A DNA stretch of 63,617 nt, filler included, from Octopus bimaculoides (GCF_001194135.2; 7 parts of 7 records of this genome joined end to end with filler, not necessarily neighbours in it), one strand, 5' to 3'; shown: positions 35,479 through 50,362, counted from the first letter of the whole stretch. Notes: generated by a model not told the origin, from the sequence alone. Made by a program: numbers and translations.

Positions 35479-37714
35479 ATTACCTGCTCTACATCTTACA
35501 GTATGCTTCACCTCCGGATTTATGTATTTCTACAGACGAGTGTAGAAATGTTGTGAGTGTGCCTGTGTGTGTGTGTACTAATACAATTATTATAAGTAAC
35601 CAGAATAAACTAGATAGTTTAGAATTGCCATTGATGTGCTAAACCCTAAAAAAAACTGTTCTCCTGTTGTTTATATTCCAAATGTTTCAAGGGTTTCTTA
35701 CTAAATCGTTCTTTTGAGCTTCTGCCAAAGGTTATGGTTGTTGGTTATCTTGTTCTAGTATATGAACAACATAATCGGTTTAATTTGTCTAGGATTTTTC
35801 TGAATCGTAGCAGTCTAGATTATTTATTAAACAAGAAACAGGATTAGCCAGAATATAGTTAATGGGTTTGATCGCTGAGAGAATATTTTGCAAGTGAAGA
35901 CGTCTTTCATTCTCAACATTACAATGACTAAACATTCCACGGAACAGGATTAACAGTCATTGCTATATTTTCTGTGTTAATGCAAGCCAATTGAGATTCA
36001 GAAAACTAGATTTTTCAGTTTTTCCTCAAGCATCAGTTTCTCACTGTTGCAACATTAGTGTAAGCCCTATTCCAAAAAAGATCCTTGTGTTGAACCCTTT
36101 CTCGTAACTCTATTCTCACATAAACATCATGAAATCTCTTAAGGATGTCTATTATTTCTAGTTTTAACTTTTTACTAAGAAGCACAACACGCATATACAT
36201 CAAAATATCTTTGGGCTACTGGCGCAAAATCTAGAATCCATTATTAACATTGTAAGGTGAATCTTAAGAAAATGACTGACGAATAAAAAAATATATATTA
36301 TGTAATATGAAGTAGAAATATATGTCATGTGTATGTTCACAACATATACATTAAAAAGCACTTTCTATATTGTTGTCAACTAAAGTGATAAATGTTCGAA
36401 GAAAGTATAGAAAATATCTTAATATAAAGACGTTTTTTCTTTTACTTAATTCGAAAATGTAAGGAATAGTGATAAAGGCTGATTCCCTTATGACTCCAAT
36501 TTGCGAAAGAACCGGAAGAAAGTTATAACTGTGCGGTGAAACTGCAGTCAAAGTTACCTCAAGGTAGAGTCTAATGTCCTTTACAAAGAACATGACACTG
36601 AGAAGTCTAGGGTATATTATACCTTGCAAAATAAGGCAGGATAGTCAGTTTCACATTGATGTCAAACTTACTATATCAACTTAAATATACGAAAATAAAT
36701 CAAATACATAACCATTACTAATTATTTATAATTATTTTAAATGATACGAGAATATTATAATTATATTTCTACGGGGAGTAAAGACTTTCACTATAAGTAG
36801 ATTTCAGTAAGTAATTAACCATATATTTTTACTTTAAATAATAAACAGATATATTCTAAAGGAAATAATACTTTCCTTCCTTCTTTTTCGTAACGTACAT
36901 AATGAACATGATAATTAAATAAATGAAATAAAAAAATAGAAACAGCAACTGTGTCGCATAATGCTTTCTCATATCAGTTTTATCTCTAAGGTATACAATC
37001 ATAATGTTATCTTGTACAATACACGTTTAAACAAAATGCTAGGTACATCAATTATTTATGTCGAAGGCTAAAATAGAACTTCGTTAATTCTGAACAAAGC
37101 AGCTTTACAATAACGTTCCATTTTAAATAGTGCAAAGAAAGACCCAAAGGATAAGACGAAAATAAATTATTGATTTCTAATGTAAGCAGAAATTTTATGC
37201 ATTTTGAGAGCGAGAACAGTCAAATATGTATACAACCCAGTAATTCACTACTAATTATTTTATGAAGCACTGACGGATTCAACGTAAAATAGCTCGCAAG
37301 ATATTGAATGTTATAAGTAAAAATGAATGAGGCATAGTATTGTAGATATCATGTGACAGCATCGGAAAATCACTACATACTTCATTATAACGCACGCACG
37401 CACGCACTCACACAAACACACTCACACTAACTCGACCAACAACAATTACTACCACCATCCCGACACCTCCACTAACACCTACAACAATATACACCACACT
37501 GACCAACAAAAATATAACAACTTAAATACTTCAACCACCACCACCCCCAACACGGCAACCATAGCAATGACTGACCAGCCCTGAACTCTATGCGCCCTAC
37601 TACCACCACCCACAGGGCCCCACCACCACCTAATAATCCATGCCTACGACGGCCACTGCTGCTGCTGCTAACGATTCCCGAGTTACAGACCTCACACAGG
37701 CAGAGAAACAACTG

Positions 37715-38430
37715 CTAAGCTAAGGACCCAAATTCATTCTAACACAACTCAATGACAAATTGAGACTGGAGATAGAGACCAACTTCTGTCGGACAGCTTA
37801 CTAACTAAAATGGATTACGGCCCTTAAATCCTCTCTCTCCCCACCACATCACCTTCGTCTGCATTTTCATCGCCGCCAATATCCTCACTGTTGACATCAT
37901 CGCCGATATTACCCTCACCATCATCTAAATCTTCTACATCTTCGTCCCCATCTCTATCTTTACCGTCTTCATCAGCGTCATCGTCATCATCTACCCCTTT
38001 ACCTCCTACGTCCTCGAAATCTTCCTCATCGTCATCTTCACCGTCCTCATCATTATCTTCCTCCTCTGCTACACTTAGGTTCCCCGTATACTACCTTGAT
38101 AACCCACTCCACCCCCTCACAACTCCGAACTCAACACCAAACTAGCTTGATTCAAACAATCCATACTTAACACGCCCTTCCCCATCATGCAACCTTACTA
38201 AATACCAACTTTACTAAATACCTTGCAAAACCTAAGAAAAAAACCTCATCTACATACCTTCAGATAAAGGGAAAAAATCTGCATTATAGACAAATCCACC
38301 TACAACAAACTAGCTATCGAACACCTCAGTGACACCACACTGTACGAGAAGGTTTACAACATTACACCTCACCAATTGGAGTCTACCATCAACACCAGCT
38401 GGACCAACATCTGTCACCAAAGGAATCTCC
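37715..38430 (+). mobile_element. Penelope-like element, pre-RT region (left part of an interrupted copy)
   Basis: EKQLLS*GPKFILT.. and frameshifted NLIYIPSDKG..IIDKSTYNKLAIEHLSDTTLYEKV..INTSWTNICHQRNL. Confidence 0.75.
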
Positions 38431-39574
38431 ATAAGAAGACTAGACTGAACTACATATCTACAATGGAATGGAAGGTTTGTGATACCTGTGGAGTATCTCC
38501 TTCTCCCATTATAGTTATTTTTGTAGCTTCAAGGAGCTGGAACGGGTCACCAATTTGTAACGTCCGTGCGAAGCGAGGTGACGAGAATGGCTCCTTAGTA
38601 CATCACACGATCGATACAATAAATATAAATAGAATAATGCATATATGTGCCAGAGGGAGAAAAGAGACACAACCAGGTAGAATGTTTAAGAGAAGATTTA
38701 TTGATATGTTAACATGTGTGATTGTGTGTCGGTCATATGTACAGAATAATAAACAGGCCGTCATATAAGAATAAAATGTATGCGTGTGTATAGCCGTATG
38801 CGTGTTAAGAACATATGAGGATGGCGATGAAAAGACAGTGAAAGAGTCTATAGCCATCGAAGTGAGGAGTAAGTTCATAGACACAAGAATGATACATATT
38901 CGTAGTCAATTGTACACGACAGTTGAAATACTGTATCAAGAGGTTGCAACGATGATGCAGAGCCGGTTGCGGTGCATGGCGTACGTGAAGTTGTGGCTAT
39001 GATGCTGGTGCGTGGGTAACTTGGTACAAAAGTTCTCGCAGGTTGTACATTCGCTGTTGATCCATGGTGAAGTAATTCACGAACAGTGCAGTGTTGTAAC
39101 CGGGGCGAGTTGCTTGTTGAGTTGTGTACGTAGAGAGATGTTGACGTTAGAACGATGATGGCGACAGAGATGGAGGTCACCGAATGCTGTTGGACGAAGT
39201 TGATAAGTCTCCATGTGGCTGCTGTTGTGTTGTCGCTGGAACTGGCTGTGTCTTATGTGGTCAGTGGCTACACCTTAAAAGGTCTGGAACCGAAAGACAT
39301 CGAAATGAGAAGCTGATTTTTTTATAAGAAATTGTAGGCTCAAAACTAAGTTGAGAACAGGCTTTCATATGTGACCTTATTTAGGGGCTTCGATTGGTTA
39401 TACACTGCGTATTGGCGCGATAGAGTAAGAGACAAATTGTGCCAATACTAACTAATCAAAGTAGTGGACACAACGGGGTCCAAAATGCGGCCAAAGGCTA
39501 GCTGTTATCTACTACGTTCGTATGTATTTATATATAATAAAGAGGAGGGGAATTTCACTCGAGTGTACGCTACA
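38430..39574 (-). mobile_element. Gypsy-type LTR (38556-39574, 1019 bp) plus PBS and short internal stub
   Basis: Termini TGTAGCGT...ACGTTACA (7/8 inverted match). PBS TGGTGACCCG (38552-38543) lies 3 nt downstream; AATAAA inside the LTR; then ATG GGA GAA GGA GAT (possible gag start). Confidence 0.75.
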
Positions 39575-40070
39575 CATCTAGAAACACCACCTTTCCAACC
39601 TTCATCCTTCTACTATTTAATAAAAAACCACAAACCCGGACCTAAGCTTAAAATCAGCCCAATATTATCAGGAATTAACGGTCCTTTCCATAAGATTTCT
39701 TGGCTCTTCTCAAAACTCCTCAAGCCCTTATTACACGCATACCTCGGACACGTCAGCTGATCCCACGAAATCTTCACAAGACTCAAAGATATCGACCCCT
39801 CCATACTTAAAACTAACAAATACCCTTTTAGTTTAGACGTAGTTTCTCTCTACACCTCTCTACCCGCTCTCCTGGCCGTTGATATCTTCATAAACCACAT
39901 AACGTCCTTATTTCCCCCTACATCTCCTTGCCCGCCATCTCCCTCCTCATCCATCTCTCTCTCCCCAATAACCTCCTCCTCCCCATCTCCCCTTCATCTT
40001 CTCCCACCTCCCCATCCATCAACCTCCAGCTATTCGACCTCACACCCTCCGGCATACGTGAGTTACTAAC
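39575..40070 (+). mobile_element. Penelope-like reverse transcriptase fragment (right part)
   Basis: PSSFYYLIKNHKPGPKLKISPILSGINGPFHKISWLFSKLLKPLL..KYPFSLDVVSLYTSLP matches Penelope RT motifs 1-3. Confidence 0.85.
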
Positions 40071-42929
40071 CATTATAGTTGGTAACACCAAATAGGGTGT
40101 ATAAACGCTGTATTTGGAATGACTAATTTCAAAGACTGTTGGACTTTACTCATAGGGTATTGGAATCTTAATAATGGATTTACAAAACCAACGACCAACC
40201 TTAAAAACAATTGGATCTTACTCACAAGGTATTGTAATCTTATATGTATACCATTCTGCCTAAACAATGGATTTACAAATACAATATCCCTACGTTCACT
40301 CTCTATTTCCTATATTAACTAAACTAGCTATAGCTTAATCGTCTTCTCACACCGTCTCCAATGAAGAGATATAATAAATATCCTGGAAAGAGCTGTAAGA
40401 CATTCGATTTACAAATGTTCTATATTATACACAGCCTTGTTTTTTTTTTATCTCATTGCCAAAAGTATATCCTATATTCACACGCTGATATATGACCTAC
40501 GTTGGACCCCTTATTCGCATAACCACCGAACATGGAGCTTAACCGTGGTCTATCCATAGCACTTACTTAGCATTACCTGAAACCTCTGGGTCTAATTGAC
40601 ACCACTGCCACTCATAACCTATATATATATATATATACATACATACATACATACATACGATGCGTCCTGCCCAGCTCTTCGAAACGCCGATGTTAAAACG
40701 GGGGTAGCTGATGAAGTAGAATGTTCTCTATGTGGCTTGTGTATTTTCTTGTCTACGTTTTGTTTGCAATGTCCTGTACCCAGATATGCACCTATACATA
40801 CAGGTGGATGTCGGTATGCACATACCTGTACGTATATATGCATATACTCATTTACTATTTGTTTTTACATGACTGAACGCAGCGTCTCCAATTCGTAAGT
40901 AGTTTTCGTAAACTTATATTTTCCGACGCTACTCTATCTCTTTCTCTTCCTCTATCATTTTTCCCCCTCTCGTTCTTCCTCTTTACTACTNNNNNNNNNN
41001 NNNNNNNNNNNNNNNNNNNNNNNNNNNNNNNNNNNNNNNNNNNNNNNNNNNNNNNNNNNNNNNNNNNNNNNNNNNNNNNNNNNNNNNNNNNNNNNNNNNN
41101 NNNNNNNNNNNNNNNNNNNNNNNNNNNNNNNNNNNNNNNNNNNNNNNNNNNNNNNNNNNNNNNNNNNNNNNNNNNNNNNNNNNNNNNNNNNNNNNNNNNN
41201 NNNNNNNNNNNNNNNNNNNNNNNNNNNNNNNNNNNNNNNNNNNNNNNNNNNNNNNNNNNNNNNNNNNNNNNNNNNNNNNNNNNNNNNNNNNNNNNNNNNN
41301 NNNNNNNNNNNNNNNNNNNNNNNNNNNNNNNNNNNNNNNNNNNNNNNNNNNNNNNNNNNNNNNNNNNNNNNNNNNNNNNNNNNNNNNNNNNNNNNNNNNN
41401 NNNNNNNNNNNNNNNNNNNNNNNNNNNNNNNNNNNNNNNNNNNNNNNNNNNNNNNNNNNNNNNNNNNNNNNNNNNNNNNNNNNNNNNNNNNNNNNNNNNN
41501 NNNNNNNNNNNNNNNNNNNNNNNNNNNNNNNNNNNNNNNNNNNNNNNNNNNNNNNNNNNNNNNNNNNNNNNNNNNNNNNNNNNNNNNNNNNNNNNNNNNN
41601 NNNNNNNNNNNNNNNNNNNNNNNNNNNNNNNNNNNNNNNNNNNNNNNNNNNNNNNNNNNNNNNNNNNNNNNNNNNNNNNNNNNNNNNNNNNNNNNNNNNN
41701 NNNNNNNNNNNNNNNNNNNNNNNNNNNNNNNNNNNNNNNNNNNNNNNNNNNNNNNNNNNNNNNNNNNNNNNNNNNNNNNNNNNNNNNNNNNNNNNNNNNN
41801 NNNNNNNNNNNNNNNNNNNNNNNNNNNNNNNNNNNNNNNNNNNNNNNNNNNNNNNNNNNNNNNNNNNNNNNNNNNNNNNNNNNNNNNNNNNNNNNNNNNN
41901 NNNNNNNATATGTATATATATATATATTGCCTGTTCTTTTTCTTCGAGAGCAAGCCACCTGAAAGTTTCCTTTGGGATATGTCCTGTAAACTACTGTACT
42001 GCTATCGTGACTATTTGACTGGAATAATTATATATTTTCTTACTTATTTCCTATATCTCATAAGTTTTTGTTTTATGTTTCCTGCCAACAAGAAAAAAGG
42101 CGATGAATGGCCCATCCTTTCGGCGCCTGGAAGAAAGCAAGATTTGAATTGGAAACGTACAGAAAGGAAACAAACACTGCAATGCATCACATCGGACACT
42201 TTATGTATCTATGTAGGTAACTGCCAATTTTATAGCATAAAACATCCAGCGAATAGTGTAAATGCACACACATACATGTTTCCCCCACTACACACCTAAA
42301 TGCACAAAGTAAACGGAATTTTAAAAATCTAATTACTGCACTGGAAAGTTCACATCGAGAAAATTCCATTGATGTAAGAATTTTTACGAAAAAGTGGAAA
42401 ATGTGGATTTCTATAAACTTTCAAAAAGGCTTCACACAGACACACAACTTCAGATTTATATATTAAGATATATATATGTATGTATGTATGTGCGTGTGTG
42501 TGTGTGTGCAAGTATACATACATACATACATACGTACGTACATACATACATGCATACATAATGCATACATACATGCGTACATACAACAGCTGACTTGTTG
42601 AGAATCAACGATTACCTATTTACTATAACTAACCTGCATTAAGTTTAAATTATAAATTAAATGCTCTAAAGTGATACCACATATTTTGCTTGTTTATTCT
42701 ATATTTCCAGTATATATCTACCTGCTCTACGATGAATCATTTCTAGCCATTTTTGATAGGCAGCCTCAACAACTTGTTTTCAGTTGCACTTCAAACCGGT
42801 GTTATAGTGGTAAACTAGACCGAGCAATTATAGTACATACCTATTACATTACGTCATTAAACGGAAATCCTGTATACATACTCTATTCTATGCTCTCTTC
42901 TCTGAGCACTTACAATAGGTAGTACGCAA

Positions 42930-43385
42930 CATGGAAAAGCAATTTCTCAGCATCTCAGTTAAGTACACACTCCTTCCATCTCAAGAAACGGATATATTAC
43001 TACACAAAACTAATGATTTAACAAGTGTGAGATCGCGAGTTTTCTCCTTTGACAATAGCCACATATCAAACAAAAAATGCAATTACAACGACAAATCCTA
43101 TAAAAACCCTGCTCCATAACTCTCTGCTCGACAAATTCGAATCGGATATTCTAAGCATGGTTAAAAAAGTTAAATTCTCTAAATTTACCAGTGCCAACTT
43201 TCTAAAATTGTAAGACAAATCACAAGATCAGAAAAAAGTCACGTATCCTCTGATAAGACCGGAAATCTATACTCAATTCTTATCAAGGAATACAGGGATT
43301 TCATTCACAAAGACCTAAATAAATCCTACAAAACCACTGGAAAGCCTGTCGTGGATAATATTAACCGAATCACTCAGAACACCAA
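42930..43385 (+). mobile_element. Penelope-like ORF N-terminal fragment (different family from 37.7 kb)
   Basis: Frameshifted LLHKTNDL..VRSRVFSFDN..KSYKNPAP..LLDKFESDILSMVKKVKF..VSSDKTGNLY..EYRDFI..SYK..DNIN. Confidence 0.65.
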
Positions 43386-43609
43386 ATCTTGAAATATTTA
43401 AGTAAAAATATGGAAACTAGCTTTAAAATCTTGTGTTATAGTTTTAAAACTTAGCTTATTCGCGGTATTGTAAGATTTAACTTTACTTTAATTATGCCAT
43501 GTCATAGTCAGTGTTTGAGAAGTATAATATATTTACTCTGTATTGTGCTACATCAGCTTGAGTTTTTTTAAGGAAAAAAATAAGAGGAAAATAGTTTTCA
43601 GTGCCTTTA

Positions 43610-43835
43610 TTTAGGATTTTAAAAAATCAACATTATTTGAGAAACATAGCTTTTTCATTAATCTCTCCAGAGTTTCATATGTCATAAATTTTTCACTTTC
43701 TTTTTCGAAGACTCTACTGTCGTCAGGGCAAGCAATATGTATAATCAGAAATGATTTTTCTCCTTTTCTTCCAAGAATACTTAGTGGCATTTTATCCGTC
43801 TTCAAATATCGCCTAGATTGACTTTGCCATTCATC
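43610..43835 (-). mobile_element. R4/Dong-type RLE fragment
   Basis: EKSFLIIHIACPDDSRVFEKESEKFMTYETL..MKKL resembles LIIDIACP.D.RV.EKE.EK...Y..L. Confidence 0.7.
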
Positions 43836-44686
43836 CTTCCGGACACGATGAAACAATCACCAGTTGAGCAATGTGAGCATTATAATCGATTAGCCCCTTT
43901 TCCCCAAATTTCGGGCCCTGTGCCTACTTGTTCGTGCTATTTTTAAGTAAATATACTCAGAATATCTCGCATATCTTTGTTAACATATCACAATAAAAGC
44001 AAAAGTATTACTTAAAAACTCCCTTTTAAAAGCGTAAATCAAATTTTTAAAGCTCATGTTCTGGATTACTTGTAAATATTTCAATAATCGGTGCTCCTAG
44101 TATTCAAACGTTCAATCTTTCAGTACTATGACTTACAAGTTACTTGAATTCACTGTTCTTACGTTCGAATTTCAACTGTTAAAAGATATAAACTCAGAAT
44201 ATTAAAGCAGACGTAACGTAATGCAGTAAATACATAGTCTGACAAGTTTCTAATTCTACCACCATCATGATTAATCTTTCAATGAAAGAAAGAAAAGGAA
44301 GCATAATTATTATACGTTTCGAACACTCAAAGTACCATCTATTTCTCTGTTTCGTCTAAAATGATGCGGAAAAGAAACTAGGCAACATTTTGAGCGTAAA
44401 CTATAGAAACATATACAAGCAAGATAAAAAGGNNNNNNNNNNNNNNNNNNNNNNNNNNNNNNNNNNNNNNNNNNNNTTAATTAATTAANNNNNNNNNNNN
44501 NNNNNNNNNNNNNNNNNNNNNNNNNNNNNNNNATCTATATATAGGTATATAGAGATGTAGATAGGTATGCATATATATATACATTTGCTCATATGTACGA
44601 TATACAAGTATATTATATAAATATAAATATAGATACGTGTGTGTATCTATGTATGTATGCATTTTTGTATATATGAATATATAATC

Positions 44687-44719
<33 letters not shown>

Positions 44720-44798
44720 GCCGATACATGCATCCTTATATATGTATAGATGCGTTTACGCACATATACATACATACATACATACATACATACATACA

Positions 44799-44829
<31 letters not shown>

Positions 44830-46874
44830 GGAAATGAGACAGTGTAGGTCTGTTTCCAAAATATGAATTTTGCAACTTTATTGTTCCAAACTCGCTGAAA
44901 AAATAACAATAAGAAAGTACGAGAAAATCTACAATAAAATAAAGTTTGAATACAGTTGTATATTTAATGAAGCACATATATGCGAATATATGTGTGTGTA
45001 TTTGTGTGTGTGTATTTGTGTGTGTATATTTGTGTTAAATTAGGATTATTGTCTTAAAGTGTGTTTAAGAACAACGGAACATTTACCCCTGAAGTGACCC
45101 ATTGCTGAAAGGAGAGTCAAATTTAGTATAAGATATGTTGTGGCTAGGAAATTTAATTCTTCATATGAAAGTACTCTATTTGATATATGTTTATATATTA
45201 TATCTATTGTATTATATTTTATATTTTATATTATATTGCATTATACTATATAACGTCTGTTTTTCCTGAACTATTCCAGTTGATAAATATTTCTGCATCA
45301 AGTTGTTATGTCCCATGTAAACCCTGAATTGAACATAAATATTATCAGCCATAATCACCCTGTAGATGTTAATGTTTAAATTGAGGGCGAATATGGCTGC
45401 CATTTCGGTCAGGTCTAACTATAGCATGGAGCTGTATTGTCTATTGCATTCTAACCTTTGAATGAGATATGGGATCGCCATGGTAATGCAATCTGCACAG
45501 AGATTTCCTCGTTGTGTTGTTTTGTTGCATAGCTGTCTTTGAATCTCGAACAGAGACTCCAATAAACATACAAACGAAAAGAATTGAGATACAGGATGTA
45601 TTCTGAAGATGAAACTAAAGACTGCAGTAGTTCATATACAAATATATTATGAATATTTTTGTCTCTTAGATTAACTATAAATCTTAGTACATTCTCATCA
45701 GATGTTTCTTTCTCATCAAATCGCTAAATTAGGAGATGGTTGTGCTTTACATTGATGTTTCTTGGTTGTCTTTACTAACTGTTCGTTTTTCTTTTGTCTC
45801 ATTATTTGATTTTTCAATTACATTAAAAACTACTGATTTGGTATTGATTTCTAACATAGGTACAAGGTCACAAATCCATGACACAATCGATTAAATCATC
45901 CCCATTATCTGATTGGTAATTTATTTTATCGAAAATTTGGAAAGGGAAATTATTATTGCTGAATCCTTAGATGAGACCACAATATTCAAAGACCAAAATG
46001 TAAGTTTCAGCAAGTTTCAATAAAATTTTTTCTTTTCTTTTTTTTTTAAAATTTTATTTTGTATAAACGACATGGTCAAGGGAGGGAGGGCAGTAGCCAT
46101 GACATTTTCACAAGACCTCTGAAACTGTTGGGATGAAGATACTGATTTCTCAAGCCATTCAGTTTGGTCCTAAAGCTTGCAAATAGAATTGACTCTATTA
46201 AAGTTATTCGCGAGCCGTGCGACTGTGTTAAACCGGATGATGAATAACAACTACAACCAAACAGGATTTCACAAAGTCTTCGTCAACCAAATTTCATGTT
46301 TTAGGGTCTGGGGCAAATTGGGATAACATTCTAGGTCACCTGATTTCAAAACAAACCTCATAACTACACGACTGATGAAGACATTTTATTAATGGCTCTG
46401 CAATGTTCAACATTCACATAGAGTGATGTTGTGTTGATTGTTGCTGAGCAGTTACATGTCAGCCTTAATTGAGTAGACTTATGATCAAAGGCATTCAAGC
46501 CTTTGCTGTCCTCTTTTCTTCTGGCATAGTGTATCTCAGGTCATATTATCCAATGTGTATCTTCTTTTTTAAGACAATAGTGTGTGATTTAATAAGGATT
46601 TTAGTGCTATTTACAACGTAAAGATTCTTGGAATATTGGTTCTATGATATATAACACCTACATATAAGATTACAGATTTTAGGAGGAAGGCCATAGTCGT
46701 ATCATCCCTCTGACTACTTGCTTGGTCCTTATTTTGTCGAACCCAGAAGGGTCCGATGCTTTATCATCTTTAGTGGTGTCAAATTGAATTCAAAATGGCG
46801 TTCTAATGATTTTGCCCTCCCCAGTTTCTCCCTACCATCCACCATCCCCACGTTTCTAAAAGAATATTAATATT

Positions 46875-47085
46875 CAACAGTTGGTATATGGTCACAATTT
46901 ATTTGAGATTGAGAATATATTTGATTGCATTGGCCCAAGTACTTCGCTACAACTTATTTTGTCGACTCCGAAAGGATATAGAGCCAAGTCGATCCCGACG
47001 GTGTTTGAATTCAGAACATAGAGATGTGACTAAACCCCTCAAGACATTATACACGACACTCTTACAATTCTGCCAATTCAATTAG
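46875..47085 (-). mobile_element. SINE family A, diverged; others at ~45845-45940, 46655-46830, 48380-48545
   Basis: Shared TTATTTT.TCGAC.C.GAAAGGAT.A...TTTGAA.TCAGAAC motifs. Confidence 0.65.
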
Positions 47086-48897
47086 ATATTGGAAGCAACT
47101 TTCAAGAAATCGTATGACGTCATTAAGACTTTAAACGTTAGCGATTAAGATGAGAAAAAGGTTCTAAAATTATTCAAAGAATAAAGAGAAAAATTATCAA
47201 AAATACTTTTTTTTTCTTTTGTCATCCCGAAGAATATCAATATTTTTGATTCGGTAAAATATTTGTTAGTTACGTTAATTTGAAATTTACTTACAGCTTA
47301 TGTGATTCATTACCCAGAATTGGTAGACACTCCTTAGAAAAATAGGATTTCACAACAGTTTACTTCCTGATTAAAACAATACTTGGGTTTTCATCTTTTA
47401 CAACTGAGAACAACTCGAGAAACTGTATTTTATAAAGAACTTCTACGCCTTTCACAATTTACCACTTGGCTTAAGGATGTTACCACGGCTATTTTCAAAG
47501 TGTATTCATTCATCCATTATCTTTTATTTTCATTTTACTTTATTTTGTTTTTCGCAAGTTCATTATATTTTATCTACTGTTCAACTGACATTCTGCTATA
47601 AATACGTGAAGTGCTCCTTAGAATGCTTCTAGAAGAGACTTCTAACGAAATACATGCACACATACAAAAGCATTGTTCAAGGAGGAATTTTTTTTTTTTT
47701 TTTTTTGCTTTCTATCTCTTACTTTCTTCCTTAAAAAAAAAAACGAAATTTCTCTCCCGGTCGTCAAATAGCTATACTCTTGTGCGATGGAGGCGTGAAA
47801 CAAACATAAATCTAAAATAATGCGTTAACCTTGTCGAATGAACCACGTTTACTTTTATTTATCTTATGTATTTTCTATTGTATATATATGTACGTGTGTG
47901 CGTGTGTGTAAGTAAGTGTGTGTATGTTTGTGTCTATGTTTTTAGGAGGTTTTTTTATGGTGTTAGGAACGGACCGGAAATCTGTCTCTTAAAAAGAAAG
48001 GAAGAGTCGCTGTTTTAGAAGTGAAGTATACCGCGTAGACAGGCGTTAAAAAGACATTAGGGACATTAGGAATATGATAAAAACGGTGACTATGTGACCG
48101 TTGGTGTTACCTTTTCTTCGTGATGAGTTAGAACACCACCGAAGTCTTCGTATTCATGCAAGTTAGTCTGGCAGAGTTATATCCACGGGATAGATTGATC
48201 TCAACATAAAATTTTACAGCGTTAATTCTACAATGCGCACTTACTACAAAGGAGCTGCTATGCGATCGCCTGACCTGCTAGAAATAGCGACTAAACGTCG
48301 CCTCAAACCACACCCCACCGTCTTTAAAAAATGATGATATATCTAAGACATTTGGTGATGTAATATTTATTTTTTTTATTTTTAGCTTAAGGCCAATAAT
48401 TTTGAGGAAAGAAGAAAGTCGATTACATCGACCCTGGTAATTATTCCGTCGACCACGAAAGAATGAAAAGTAAGGATGACTTCGGCGGTATTTGAACTCA
48501 GAATCTAAAGCAGGAAGAAATTCCACTAAGCATTTTGCCCCGCACAGCAACAAATGACGTACTATTAGATAGACGATGTCTGAGAAGAGAAAATGACTTG
48601 ATGATCATGGATAGAATCATGATCAACGTGGCTCTAAACAACAAGAAACATATGTACCATCACCACCATACACTTGTTAACTGTTTTGGTCAAATCATTT
48701 TCAGAAAGCTGGGTTTGCGATATGACACGAACCACCAAGCAAGCAACACATAAACGGGCATTAAATCTCCTCTTGAGCAAGTGAAACTCACAGTTTACGT
48801 TATCTCTTTATCCCTCAACCCCTTCCTACCTTTTATAAAGACGTTTTTGGCTAATCAATTGATGTGAATAAATTCACAAACTTATAGTAAGCTTATA

Positions 48898-49280
48898 GTG
48901 GTTGCGTGGTAAGAAGCTTGCTTGTTTCCCAACCACATGGTTCAGGTTTCAGTCCCACTGCGTGACACCTTGGGTAAATGTATTCTACTATAATCTCAGG
49001 TCGACCAAAGCCTTGTGAGTAGATTTGATAGACGGAAACTGAAAGAAGCCTGTCGTATATATGTGTGTGTGTGTCTTAGTTTGTCCCCATCTCCCACCAT
49101 CGCTTGACAACCGATGTTGGTGTATTTACATCCCTGTAACCTAGCGGTTCGGCAAAATATACCTATAGAATAAGTACCAGGCTTACAAAGAATAAGTACT
49201 GGGGTCGATTTCTTCAACTAAAGGTGGTGCTCCAGCATGACCACAGTCAGATGACTGAAACAAATAAAACAATAAAAAAA
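48898..49280 (+). mobile_element. SINE family B, compact full-length copy
   Basis: Both conserved halves are present, separated by only ~25 bp of TA/TG. Confidence 0.88.
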
Positions 49281-49404
49281 TAAATAGAAAAACTGCAATA
49301 AGCGTGTGAATCTGAGACGGGAATATGCTGAATAAAATCACAATTAATTGATCCTCCTGTATTTTCTTTTACCTAAAGCACCCATTCGTATAACATACAT
49401 GTAT

Positions 49405-49768
49405 GGCACTCCGTCACTTACGACGTCCAGGGTTCCAGTTGATCCGATCAACGGAACAGCCTGCTCGTGAAATTAACGTGCAAATGGCTGAGCACTCCAC
49501 AGACACGTGTACCCTTAACGTAGTTCTCGGGGATATTCAGCGTGACACAGTGTGACAAGGCTGACCCTTTGAATTCCAAGCTCAACAGAAACAGGAAGTA
49601 AGAGTGAGAGAAAGTTGTGGTGAAAGAGTACAGCAGGGTTCGCCACCATCCCCTGCCGGAGCCTCGTGGAGCTTTAGGTGTTTTCGCTCAATAAACACTC
49701 ACAACGCCCGGTTTGGGAATCGAAACCGCGAGTCCGCTGCCCTAACCATTAGGCCATTGCTCCTCCAC
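49405..49768 (-). mobile_element. SINE family C, full length, 11-bp TSD
   Basis: Reverse complement of 4531-4908. TSD ATAACATACAT at 49390-49400 and 49769-49779. Confidence 0.9.
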
Positions 49769-50362
49769 ATAACATACATAACGCCTGGGGATATTCGAAG
49801 GAAAAGACACAATAGAAGTGTGTAGCTGTAAGTAGAGGTAACACTGCTAACTAAACTGACGGACGTGAAGCTTGAAAACACATCACGTTAGTATATATTA
49901 TGTATATCAAAGAAAAAAGGAATATGTCAGTCTAAATAAAAGGTCATACATTGTAAAAGGCCATCTGCGGGAAGTGTACTGCAATGTTAGCCCAAAGTAG
50001 ATGTGGACATATGAATATGGCGGAGTGAGTTTAGGAATATAAGAGAATGACGTATACGTGGGTTAATAATGAAAATCAAACATTAATGAGTTATTTATGA
50101 CTAAGAATAGTATACGAGTAATTGCACAGTAAAATCTTTGAAAATTTATTGAAATAAATCAAAAGTTATTCGTAAGCTCCACAATATATGGTGTATGGAA
50201 GCATGATACAAGTGAGAGGTGCTTGTAAGAGGTGCGCATGCAGTAGCGAGAAGGCGAGAGAACGAAGAAGCGGTGGAGTAATTGGACAAAAAGGAGTAAT
50301 TGCAAAAACAAAACAGGTAAAAATGCAAGAAAAGTGACGTTAGTGTGTGGAACCTAGTAGGT

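Noticed and set aside
37880-38070. Ser/Pro-rich ORF as a host gene
   Set aside because: A degenerate (TCA/TCT)n tract lying inside the Penelope fragment.
46373-46385. CTGATGAAGAC as a hammerhead; also CTGATGA at 28137-28143 (minus)
   Set aside because: No correctly placed GAAA box or stems.
48119-48277. C/D box snoRNA (TGATGA...CTGA)
   Set aside because: The boxes are about 150 nt apart, there is no terminal stem, and the 3' part is a repeat fragment.
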